The notes below the pieces were generated by a model. That model saw nothing but the letters and a program-made list of their open reading frames with translations. It was not told the DNA's origin and made no database searches. A stretch of 64,000 nt of DNA from Amphiscolops sp. MND2022. Taxonomy: Eukaryota. How positions within the stretch are numbered: position 1 is the stretch's first letter; each line of letters opens with the position of its first letter. The DNA lies in NCBI GenBank assembly GCA_964187785.1, contig OZ076415.1, positions 1,736,001 through 1,800,000 of the forward strand, in the 5' to 3' direction. The position numbers were made by a program, and so were the translations under genes. Below, piece by piece: positions 11,729-23,937 of this stretch.

Positions 11729-12348
11729 GAACCAATCTGATAATGCCAATTTTTCAAACATGATTATCTTCGGAACACCATTTAGAATTTCTTGAAAATT
11801 TCAAAAGGAATTAAAGTTTTCCACTTTCGGTAAACTGCTTTCCATCACCAATCGCTCCAAAAACAAAAGGTGGATTTGCTTTGATCTCTATATTCATTTC
11901 ACGATATAATTGCAGAAAAGTTACCTCTGGGTGGAAAAGTTGAAATTTTCACGTTAATTCTTCCTTTTTGTGTCACTTTTTGGATTCTGTCACTTTGGGA
12001 ACGCCTCTCCACGAAGTCATCACTTGTCACTGCTGCGTGATCAAAAAACTTTTCAAATCTGTTCGGTACCTTGGGAAAACGTTTTTTTTGTTTCTTATTT
12101 TCTCTTTCCCTCCTTTGCGAATAAAAATATTGGAACAATTTTTATTCGTACGTATGCTGTCGGTCTAGACCCAATGGAAGTTCCGGATATATAAACAAAG
12201 ATAATCCAGAGATATTCCAATCAAAATTCACAACGGCGCCTCGGTAATCGGTGGTTAGCACACATCAATTCCCAAGGCGTCCAAGAATTTTATGTTTTTC
12301 CATTTTTGAAAAGTTCTTACCTTTTCCCAAAAATGTTTGAAAATTAAC

Positions 12349-12684
12349 GGACCATCTTTATCGCCGCCAATGCGAAAACAACTTTTATGTTTGAAAAAAA
12401 TTTTTTTGGCGAATGATAGAAATTGATATTGCTATAAATACTGATATTTTGACAATTAAGCAAAAACTCACTCTGAAAAAGAAAAGCCTTTATTTTAACG
12501 CAAATTTTCTCCGCCAATAGTTAAATTAAGCAACTTTTAACAGTGAATGAATGTAAAAGATAGAATTATGTCGACATCAATTATTTTATTGAATGAAAAT
12601 TTCAGCGCAAACGATGTCGACATAATGCTATTTGAACCTCGTTTCTAATCCCCCTTGCGACCGACCGCTCAAAAAACCCGGTCC
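12349..12684. mobile_element. Merlin-like MITE; related copies at ~21457-21848, ~52136-52975, ~53571-54420, ~55362-55890
   Basis: GGACC...GGTCC termini; 8-bp flanking repeat AAATTAAC/AAATCAAC (7/8); paired ATGTCGACAT palindromes shared with the other copies. Confidence 0.55.
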
Positions 12685-13758
12685 AAATCAACTCTTTCTC
12701 GCAATTCAATACTTGCGGGGGACTCAAAGTAAATCCTGTCATTGCGAATTTCATTTTCACTTAATGCTTTCTCATTTTGGCGGCGTGACCAAGTATTTCT
12801 TTCGCACGCCTTCTGGAAGAAGAAAAAAGATTTAGCATAACATTTCAGAATGGGCGTGTCGATTGATGTCGAAATGTCAAAAGCACCGGTCTTCATTCAA
12901 ACTCCTAATGCTTTAATGCTATCTCTTCTCACCAAAACGCCCATTACTAGTGTTCCGAAAACAGCTAGACTTGGCAGCAATTTATTCCTTTTGTTGCGTT
13001 TTGTTGTGGAGAAAAGCTCATGCAATGTATGAATAAGCAATAGAAGAAATCAGTCTCGTGATGGAATCCAGTTTTTTGACAAATCGATTTTGACAAAGAT
13101 GAACGGACAAAAAGGTGACTCCTTTGGGTTTTCGGCACTGTGGGATTTTTTGAAGAAAAATTATTCATTTCACCGAAGGGTCCCCATTCGGTTTTTTGAT
13201 GTTTTCAGTTAGGGAAAAGGCGGCGGTTTCCAAGTGTGAAGTGTCCCCCTTAGGGTATTTTTGCCACAAAAAAGAAGTTCACAGTGGGTTTTCCTTGAGC
13301 AAATTTAAAAGAACCCACTCGTTTTGATCTTTATAGGTGGGCGCAAATTCGGGCCGTTTAGGGTTGTTTTGAGGTTTTGATATTTATGGGTTGTCTACAC
13401 GAGAAGGCTGCATTGTTTCTACCGACTTGAAAAATTCTATCAGCTTTTTTCCAATTTTCATTTTACATTATGATATTTTGCATTTCTATAAAATTACTTT
13501 ATTTAGCCAATGACCGCGATATACCATATAAAATAAAATGAAGCTTTAGCATTTATGTTGTGTCTACATGAGCTTATTTTCAGTTGAATTTTTATAATGG
13601 ACTGTTGTTTCGACCAGGCAGGACTAACTTTTGCGACAGTCTGGATTGGGGGGGTTTAATAGGTCACTGAAATGACGCGTGTCGACATTCATTTGAATGA
13701 AAGGCCAAATGTCGACATATATGGTCTACAACAGCAATTGGAACTGCTAGACGAATTT

Positions 13759-14300
13759 AAACAAGACGGGAACGTCCCAAGTCGGCGCCATATCTTAGGC
13801 TCAAAAATATTCAAGGAACAACTATTGGAAACATTTGGAAAAATTATTTTTTTCAAAAAAAATTTGAAATTTTTTTTCGAAAAAAAGTATTTTTTTAGAA
13901 AGTCGCACAATGCCGAAAAACTCAAAAGGAGGCCATTCAGGCTCATTAAACGTTTTTACAAACCGAAAACTTCAAAAAAATGCAATTGATAGATTCCGAA
14001 AATTTTCGAAAAAAAAGTCGCATAGTGCCGAAAAAAACGAAAAAAATCAAACGAAACGAAACAAAGCTTTGGTCTCGCATCTACTTTTGGAAGCATAAAA
14101 AATTTGTGGTTTAGTGCGAGAATCGAACCCACGATCCCCTGCTTCTCAGAAAATTAGTTGAACAAATGTGAACAAATGTGAACAAAGATTGTAAGAAAAG
14201 TGGACCACTCAGAGTGAGATTGTCAACTGAAAAAAACAAAAAAAAACTACTCACTGTAAGAGTCGGGCTTTTTTCCTTAAGGGAAAAGGCGCCGACTAAA
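13759..14300 (-). mobile_element. HINE/DINE-1-like copy c
   Basis: AAACAAGACGGGAACGTCCCAAGTCGGCGCCA at left, GAAAAGGCGCCGACTAAAAA at right; inserted in an A-run of a repeat also seen uninterrupted at ~22420. Confidence 0.75.
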
Positions 14301-14625
14301 AACGGAACGCACGAATATTCACACTCTCGAAATCGTAATATTTGTAAACAAGACCTTCTGATAATCTTTCACTTTCTCTGTCAACAATCCACTCATTACG
14401 TAATTGAATCTTCAGCAAAGAATGACCCGAACCTTCAGTAAAAGTCTAGACGTCTTTACCAGTCATTTCGTTCACACTTCTGATGTGTGAAAGTTCTTTG
14501 GCTTCGAAGAAAAGATGTCAAACTGAATGACTGACAAGCTGAATTGCAATATTCAGAGTTGTTTTGAAACATTTGTTGACAAATATTTGAAACTTTGAGA
14601 GCTCAAACATTTTCATGGGTTCCGT

Positions 14626-15113
14626 TTTTAGTCGACGCTTTTCTTAAGAAAAGAGCCCGACTATTACAGTCACTCGTTTTTTTTAATTTAAGACAGACTC
14701 GAAGCGACGAACGTTAAAATTAACGTTCAACTACTAAACTACTAAATACAGTACTAAACTACTGAACCGGTAAAGGCAAACGGGGAGCGCATTCATTTAC
14801 TTTTTAAACGTTACCTAAAAGCCCGGACGGGACTAAAGGGTCCCCCCTTTCGATTTTTTTTCGGCACTGTGAGATTTTTTTCGAAATTTTTTTAATGTCC
14901 CCAAAGGGTCCCCCCTTTGAGTTTTTTGTTATTTTGCTACAGAATGCGTGTTTATAAATCAAAAAGGGTCCCCCCTTCTACATTTTTCGGCACTGTGCGA
15001 CATTTTCCGAAAGAAAAATTTTTTCGAAAATTTCAAGTTTTTCTCCAAAAAAAATGTTTTGCGCTTTTTGAGCCTTAGATATAGCGCCGACTTGAGACGT
15101 TCCCGTCTTGTTT
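14626..15113 (+). mobile_element. HINE/DINE-1-like copy d
   Basis: TTTTAGTCGACGCTTTT ... ATAGCGCCGACTTGAGACGTTCCCGTCTTGTTT; paralogous empty site at ~42606-42630. Confidence 0.8.
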
Positions 15114-17318
15114 ATGGTTCCTAGCTCTCGTAATTCGGTCTTGAGTGTAACTGTTCTTACTTCAAAAAAGAAGGTTTGTCTCGCTAACAGCAGGAGAGAA
15201 TGTTTGAAAGCTGCTGCTACTCTTGTTCAAATAAAAGTCTAAATCCTAAGCGACCCCTGCTCCGATTTTTTGAACTGAATATTTCGGTAACAGCCTTTGA
15301 TCAATGAAGTTTGATCAGGTAATAAAGAAATTTATTGTTTCATGTTAATAAAACCTTTCATGAAAATAATAAACAAGCCTTGAACGACCCAAATTTGTTA
15401 TCCAATCAGTGTTCAGTAGGCTTAATAATGTCTATCAAGATCGCTAAGGCCCTGTTTCTTAAAACCATGGAAAAAAATCTTGAATGGCCAAAAAAAAACT
15501 TTAAACGGAGTCTTGGATCCCTTAAAAGTAATTCTAAAACGTGAAAATTTATGTACCTCTAAAGAGTTGGGCCTAACTCGGTTATAGTCGACAACAATTA
15601 TTCATCAGTGTTAACTTAAACCCGGAATTTGAACAATAGACTTTGCGTTTTTAGAATCTGCTTTTAGTGTAATCCAAATTAAAGATAAGTGACTTTTTTG
15701 TGGAATATAAAAAAAACTTCAAAAAACACACAATGCCGGAAAATTGATAAAAAACTCTGTTTCGAAAAATATTTTTCCTCTGAGAAACATAAATTAACTG
15801 GGGAGGAATGTTTTCCCCGTTGTTTCGATAGCGTAGTACAAAGATTTTTGTTCTTTTTTTCAACAATTGCTTTCTATCTTTTGTTTTAAAGGAAAACAGT
15901 CCATTTTCTTAATAGCTGCGGTTTTTGAAGGTCTTTTCGGTTCGTTTTGTTGCTTTCTAAAAAATACGAATATGAAATTGTACCATGGTACCAACTAGTG
16001 AGCTATTAGTAACTTATTTGACCACCTTTTGAGAGAGAATCCAAATTGCAGTCCAAGTTCAAAACGTTTTAAAAGTTTCGTTGCTACTCCACAACCACTG
16101 AGAACTCTCTTCTTTTGCTGGGTTTGTGCCTATTCAATATTGTACAAAATCTGTAAACCCTAGCGTAAACTACTGGGAAGTTTATTTCACTGCTTTCGTG
16201 CATACAGGGCTATTTTTTGCAAAACATGGAAACTTCCCGGAGCCTGCTCGGGGAAGTTTTGCATGGTTACAATGCATCGTCCACTGTTTCAATCAGAACT
16301 GAAACTATTTCTGCTATCTTCTCACACTTTAAATTATCAGGTAAGTAATTTATGTAATCACTGACAGAAAACGGCACGCTAAATTTGACGCTACTTCGAA
16401 ATCTATATAGCGACTGGGGTTGATGGCATTAAAAAGGCAGTGAAATTGATGAAGTCTATGCTGAAATCGAGAATAGAACTATATCCTGATCAATCCTGCG
16501 CAAAATCTTTACCCCAATCCCCACCAAATTTGACTTTCATCTTTTGGGCAGCCCGAGAAATTCATTTTAAACAGTGAAATGCATGGCAGTTTCCGCGAGA
16601 GTTCTCTAAAAGCATGATAAATTTGCCTGGCGACCTACAAAATCTCGGAAAAATTGAAATTGTTTCAACCAAAAAATGACTATAAAAACAGAATAAACCA
16701 TGATAATCCTACATTCACTATAGTATGTTCATTGTATGGTATTTTTTTCATTTCACGGTCCTCGTTTTGAACTAATCTTTCTATGTAACACTAACTTTCC
16801 ATACACGACATGATATCAATATTGAGTTAGCGTAACTTTGTTAACTGACACTGAAGCTGATTTTTTGGCCACTTCTCAACCATTACACCAACTTTCATCA
16901 TAAACATGAGAGTTTCACCTCAATCACTAATTATTGGCATCGAATGCTGGTTTATTCGTTATTGCTTCCTCATGATACACAAATTGCCCCGAAAAATTTT
17001 CGTGGCTGTCACAAAAACGTTAACTCCCGGCTGAAAATTTATTAAAAGCTTTCGTAGCATCTACGCTTGTGTTTACAATGATCTTCAATGTATCCGTTTG
17101 TGCTAAATTAGTTTGAAATACGATAACCGCCGGTTTCACCTTCAGCTCACACGCACGCGTACAGACGCTGATTACTATATGAAAAGTTGTTTGTTATTCA
17201 AATCCTGTTTCACTTTGATCATTTATGAAAAACATGGAAGTCATACACTGATCATGCATCCGAAAAAAAATATGAAACTATAGGCAAACCATTTTCTTCA
17301 AAATTTGTTCCAGATTTT

Positions 17319-17685
17319 TTTTAGTCGGCGCTTTTCTTTAGAAAAGAGTCGACTATAGTCATGGCTTTTCGTCAATGTTTTTTAAGACCACCTGAACTGA
17401 CCAAAATAGTTCTACAAAAGTTCTACAAATATTATTGCACCAAATTGCACCATTTGGCCCAGCGAACTGAACCAAAAAGGTTTTTCTTGTTTTCCCGCGT
17501 AACATACCATACCGGGCGAGACCAAAGGGTCCCCCCTTTCAGTTTTTTCGGCATTGTGAGACTTTTTTCCGAAAATTTTTTTCATAAAAGAGTCCCCAAC
17601 TCACCAATACTTTGACATATTGAAGTCCTTCTGCTATTTTTGAGCCTTAGAAATGGCGCCGACTTGGGCCGGTCCCGGCTTGTTT
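17319..17685 (+). mobile_element. HINE/DINE-1-like copy e
   Basis: TTTTAGTCGGCGCTTTTCTTTAGAAAAGAGTCGACTATAGTC ... GGCGCCGACTTGGGCCGGTCCCGGCTTGTTT. Confidence 0.8.
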
Positions 17686-20600
17686 ACCTTAGAAAGCGTT
17701 GTTTGTCAGGTCAGCTAAATTTCAGGTCAATGCCGGGAGACATATGTAAGACAACATTTTTTTCGATGGAAAATAGCCATCCAAAAGGAAGAAAACTGAA
17801 ATTTTCCATCTATAAAAAATTTTTCAGCTACTTTTTTCCCAATTTTTTACCTTTCCAACAAAACTTCGGCAGAACACTTGCGATCTTTTTGAGGAATTTG
17901 TGATGCTCCTCAATTATTCACACTGTCTTCCATTTATGGTGTTTTACGACCGCAATTAACTCTCCCTACATTTGAAGTTTTCCAAGTAACTTCCACACTT
18001 CGATAACTGATCCTTAATCTTTCCGCAATTAAGCGTCGCTGAATTTTAATGTCCTGATAAAACTCTCTCATGCCCTCATAAAAATCATATAAAATTCACC
18101 CAACTTGAGAAGCGGAGCAAAAAAGGGGGTTTTGCGGACACATTTGTTCTACCTGGGGAATATTTTCCTGTTAAAGTTGCTCTGTTGCTTTGAAGATAAT
18201 TTGAACTAGCGCCACTTTTCGATGAGTATTTCGAAATAAAACCACTCTTTTCCCATACCTTGTAAAATCTTTGGGGAGTAATTTAGCTGGTAACTCTACT
18301 TCAGATAGAGTGTTAGTCTAAGTTGTCCCTTGAGAAGAAATGAAAAAAAAACATATTTCGCATTTCTCGGTCGCCTGAATTTTCAAGTGGGTACCAAAAA
18401 TGTTACCAAGCGGTCAAAATGCTCTTGTCAATTATGCAAACAACATTTTCTTGTAAGCATACCTTTTCTTTCGAGACCATGTAACATCACATTTTCGCCT
18501 GTTTTGGTTAAAGGCACAAATTTAGGTCGCATGTTCTTGTAACTGAAAGTTCTTTGATAAATAATTTTCTTTGTGCCGTGCATTCAATGCTAACAAGGGT
18601 GAAATCGTTAGAAGCTTTTGTTAGGAACCAAATTGAATTTCAACACAATTCCTGAGAGTTGATTGATGCAAAATGCCAAAATTTGCTGCAACTTGATTCT
18701 GGAATCGCTTGAAATTATTGTAATAAAAGAGCATGCTGAATTGTTTTTACCAATCAACGATTATACAGTGAATTTCTGCATCGCAAAGCCGCGAATTATA
18801 GATGCTTCATGGATGAAAACTTTCATTACTTTTTTGAATGGAATAACAATAAAGAACAATTCGCTTGAGATAAAATAATGAATTTTTTCGTGTAGGCTAA
18901 ATCGAAGTATAATGGTTGCTCACAAATGTACAAACTTCTATATTAAATAAAATGGCTGGCAGGTACTTTACCGTCTTCATGAATGTATGACCTTTAACGG
19001 TGACCTGAACTTAATAACAGTGACCCTTGTTACAATTAATGACCGGTTAATCGCCCGTAGATAGAAAAATTCAACAGGTTGAGGCCCAGAGTTGATATAT
19101 TTGAGCAAATATCTTTCCACGAAAATCTAGGATCTAATAGTGCCTGGATTTCATCCCAAATGAAATTTCAATCTTACTGTGCACACCGTACCGATAGTGC
19201 CCTAAATGTAGTGTTAAGAGAAGGGAAAAGGCTGAGTCATAAGGCCAACTTTAATTCTCAAATAAAAGGCTGTAAACATCATGAAAAACTTGAAGGTCGT
19301 ATCAACACAAAATCTATGACAAAATGTTCTAATGATTTCATGAATAAATGTTTCAGTTGGAAAAATAGTATACTTCCCTGGTTGAAAAAACTAGGAGATT
19401 TTCGAGTTTTTGTAGGTTGCCAGGAAATTTATCATGAATTTTTAGACCTCTCATAGAAACTTCATTGCAGTACAAAATCACTGTTCATCAAGTTGCCTGG
19501 AAAATAAATAAAAAATTTAGCGGCGTTTCAAAGCCACGAAAAATTGAAAGTTTTGATATGCAAAAGTTCTAATTGAATGCATCTTAGACCTTATCAATTT
19601 GACCGCGAATTCAATGGAAACCAACATCAGCCACATACTGAATTTGAAAGTAGCGACATTGTCAGCGTGATATCTGAATTTGAAGAACGGCGATTACATT
19701 AGTTCAGTACTTGATAAAGTACGGAGTGAAAACAAAGTTATCGAGACGATGAAGAAGTAGATTTTTTGGTGTTGATTGAAATTGTGGACGCTGCATTGAG
19801 ATTCTTCGTTCTTTTCCGATCAGGCTCCCGGAATTTTCCATGAAAAAAACCTTGTATACATGAAAGCAGCATATAAGTTTTCCGAGCAGCAAGAGTTACT
19901 ATAAATGGAAAATTTTTCAAATCTGATGAGCACTGCATTATTATGATCTTATAAACTTTTAAACCTTTTTGAACTACCCCAGTGTGAACATTCTTGAAAC
20001 TATTGATAAAATACTTGCAATTTCGCAAAATCCTTGGAACGAAACTTGGCAAGGTTATAGTCGAGGGCGCCAAGAAAATGTACGATCTTACATTATCTCG
20101 CAAAAAGTTTCAAGAGAATAGCTAATTGAATGAAAACAAACAAAAACCGACGTCAGCTTCGGCATGACCAGCGTACCTATAATGCAGCTGTCATTCACGA
20201 TTTCAGCAATGCTATCACATCCTGAATTTCAATACTTTGTGTTGTCCTGCAACCAACACTTTAAGAAACGATAGGGTAGCTGGTAGAGCGAACAATAGAA
20301 AAGTAATTTGTAATAAAGTTGTTATTGGTTTTGCAAGTTATTCTTTTTCTTTACACTCGTGATAAGACTCTCACCGAGATCCCTATTAAGAAAATCAAGA
20401 GGTTTGTTTGAAGAAAGTGTCAACAAGATGTTGCCAATGCCATTAGGAGTGAACTTGATCTTTGCAAGGGTTCCAATTGATTTTGCTCTGGGACTTTACG
20501 AACAAAATCACGGTCTCGAATTTGTTTCGATCGATTTTGAACCAAATTGTTCCCTAAGTACTTGTTTTCGAAAAATTTTGTGAAAATCATATTTGGTTCT

Positions 20601-23186
20601 TTCTAATTGGAATCACTTTTTGTCATTATTTTTCGTTCCTTTTCGATTCAAAAAAATGTCCTTTTGTTTCGAAAATGCTGTCCAGAAATTTTCTGATTCC
20701 AACCTTGCTATGTGGGTTTAAAGCTTTCCGTTCAAATCTGTGTCAAAACTTCTCCATTTTCATGTTTTCCAAAAGTTCAACCATGACAAAGTAAATCCCT
20801 TGACTAAGGATATATCAATTATCTTATTGGCCGGAAACAACAGCGGAATGATTTCGACATTTTGGTATATGAGCTCGAATACTCAAATAGGCTTGTTACT
20901 AACGCACCCCGCTGGGATTTGCGGAAGGGGTAAAATAAAGAAAATGATCTGAGTGTTAATTCATTCGAATTTAGGTCAAGTTTAGTGGTTTCAAAACAAA
21001 AAACTAATAAATAGTTTGCAGCTGATATCATTTTTGGTATATACCGAAAACAGCTCTGAGCTAAAAACCTTTATTTATGTTCTTGGCTTTATTAACCAGT
21101 AAACTAGTTTATGAATGTGCCAGTTAACTCCATGCAAATTTGGTTTTATTTATTTCCCTAAGTCGCCCGAGGCTCTGTCGCAAGTACTTTCGATTTTAGC
21201 ACCAGATTAACATGATTTCTCGCCTAGGTGTCTTAATGTTATTTTATAGAACATGAAATACAATCATTACACATGTTAAAGGAGACAAAATATTGTCGAT
21301 AATCCCGCCGAGGTTTCTAAATTTATTGAACAAGCAAAATCGAACTACTTTGCGGCGAATGAGAAAATTCACGATATCCAAGTATCCTTGGTTTTACACC
21401 AACAGTTTTAATCATTTTAGTCCACTAATTTCACAAAAAAGATAGGCAAATATTATGGACCGATTTTTTATTTAACCCCCGCAGGGGGCAAATGAGAAAC
21501 AGGGTTCAAATAACATTATGTCGACATAGTTTGCGATGGAATTTCGGTCCGATGAAATAATTCTTGTCGACATAGTCCTATTTTTCACATTAATTCGCAT
21601 TCAAAAAAGAAAAAATGCAATAAAATAGGGGCTTGCTTATACAATTGTAGGTTGTTCCGGTGTGAATTTTTGCTTTTTTGTAAGTAAAATATAAAAAAAT
21701 CCGAATATTTTTTGGCTGCAAGTTTCGAAACAACTCTAGAGAAATCCTCTCAGTATTACTAGCCATGTACATTTTTTTCATTCGCTCAAGAAATTTTTTC
21801 AAGCATTAAAATTGTTTTCGTGTTAAAGGGGGATAAGAAACATGGTCTCTTTATGACATTATATCGGAAGCGTTTTCACTGAACGCTGCCGGAGTTGTAA
21901 GATTTCTCCATTTCAGTTTAATTCCTTCAAAATATGAGTCATTTTCGTTTGATCAGCGATCATGGCTTTTCAATTGTTCCATTTGAAGCTTGGAAAAATT
22001 TCAAAATGTGAAGCTTCAAATGAGAAAGCCAACAATACAACGAAGCAATATACGATCTATTCAAATATAGAGCTTCCTTTCATGTTCAAAGATAAAAGAC
22101 TGAAGAATCTCTCAGACTTTAGATGTCAAAAAGCTACGAATATTTACAATTTCATGTGAATTAGATTTAAATTTGGGTTTTATAACTAGTTTCATTGTAA
22201 TTTAGGCAATTGGACTGTTTATAAAATGAAGTTTCCGGCTTTTACCTGGAATATTGTAAATTTTCAAATTTTTCTCCGCTGCTTTTTCCTGCTATTTTTT
22301 GGACCCGTATACCTTAATTTAAATTTATTTCAGATAATTTAATGTAGAATGTCTTAAAAGTTGTATGAAACTGTCCCGAAGCCTGTGTTGCGTTGCAACC
22401 GGGCAAATACTAGGAGCTCTAAAAAAAACGGAACGCACGAAATATTCACTCTTGAAAATTGTAATAATTGTAAACAAGACACTGAAAATCTTTCACTTTC
22501 TCTGTCAATCATCCTTTTATTACGTAATCAAATCTTCACCCTTGCTGAAACTCCTTGCTCTTTCTGAATTTCTTTTATTGTTGTCAACAATATTTTTTAT
22601 GGTTTCCTAAAACTCTTACGCAACTTTCATGCGAAAATATTTCCTTCTTACAATCGACTTTTATGAAGCTCCGGAAAAATTTCACCAGAGCTTTGGCGGA
22701 AATAATTAGCCTTGCTGGTTTCATAAAAAAGCAGCCTGTACTGACAACCCATGGTAACCCACCACTGGCCATCGGTGGCAATTTTTGGATAATCAGTCAC
22801 TATTTCCACCGGTGGTCACCGAATTGTGAATTATGGAAAATTATTGAAAATTATAATTTCATTATGGAATCCGAAGGTATTTAAATTTCCAAAAGCTTAC
22901 TTCTGCACTCAAGAAGTTCTGCGGCAATTCAGACTATTTTGGCACGTCGCGATGTAGGCAATGCTGCGGAACAAATATAGCTAAGGCAAAAAAAAACAAA
23001 TTAGAAAAACTGATAGCGCAGAGGTAAATGCTGGAGTGTCGACAAAATTAATACAGGTTCGCGTCACAATTTTTGCAATATTTTGTATACAACACGAAAT
23101 TTTTCCTCATCGGTGGCAACCGGTGGTCCACCCCTGGCCATCACAAAAAAACGGTTACCCTGGGTTGTCAGCACGGAAGTTCTTAT

Positions 23187-23903
23187 TGTAACGTCTGCCA
23201 CCGGCATGACCAAAATTTCGATGAAAAATTCGAAATGTGCGATGTCAAAATAGAAGAAAAAAGATGGCCGACCTGACAGGTACAAAAAGTGTGAAAGAAA
23301 AAAGAAAACACGCGGAGAGCGAGCAAAAAAAGAGAACACGTGCCGGAGAGACAGCAGAAAAAGATGAAAGAGCAAGAAGATCGAGGAATGTCAGAATGGC
23401 GATTATCGGGAAGTTGTGTCATCTCTTACGAAATTCAACAATTTCAGATGAAGATTGCCAGAGGGATATTCCGAATTATGGCTTGAAACTGTAAAGTAAT
23501 TGGGGTTTGTCCCCGTTTTTCCTTATTATCTTCATAATTCCCTTCGATATTTGAAAGATGTTTGACCTTCAAGGTCATTTTATATCTTATTTCCCAAATA
23601 TTATGTTTTCCAGCTAAATCACTGTTTTGACCTCGGAAGCATGTAGGAACTCGCAGGAGTACATTAGAAACCTTAGGAATGTTTTTACAGGCTTGTGGGG
23701 CGTGTCCGGACTTTGAGAGTGCCGGCGCGTCGCTTCGGAGCTCTAACTAGAGAAGCCTCCTTAGACGTTAGAAAAGTCCCCCTTGGAGACCATTTTGGGA
23801 TCAAAAACTAGTGTCTAGGTATGTAGTAAGACAACGGTCTCCTGTTTAAGCATCCTAGGCATTGTCCCTCTTCCTAGATGTGCGTCGCTAGCCGGTCGTT
23901 ACA
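23187..23903 (+). repeat. 5' LTR of element 3 (717 bp)
   Basis: Direct repeat of 41381-42096. Confidence 0.96.
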
Positions 23904-23919
23904 TCTGGAATAGTTTTTA

Positions 23920-23937
23920 TGGCGACCACAGAGGGAT
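23920..23937 (+). promoter_or_regulatory. Primer-binding site (tRNA-Arg-like), 16 nt downstream of the LTR
   Basis: TGGCGACCACAGAGGGAT is the complement of ATCCCTCTGTGGTCG-CCA, resembling tRNA-Arg(TCG) 3' ends; TGGCGACC is the known start of tRNA-Arg PBSs of 412/mdg1-type elements. Confidence 0.75.

Noticed and set aside
14105-14150. tRNA-like T-arm (GTGGGTTCGATTCTCGC on - strand); similar B-box-like bits at ~49430-49470 and ~62185-62200
   Set aside because: No acceptor, D or anticodon arms can be folded; at most tRNA-derived fragments, not tRNA genes.
23064-23494. Lys/Arg/Glu-rich and antisense ORFs in the element 3 LTR (and 41332-41679)
   Set aside because: Products of purine-rich U3 sequence; the frame differs between the two LTRs because of a 1-bp indel.
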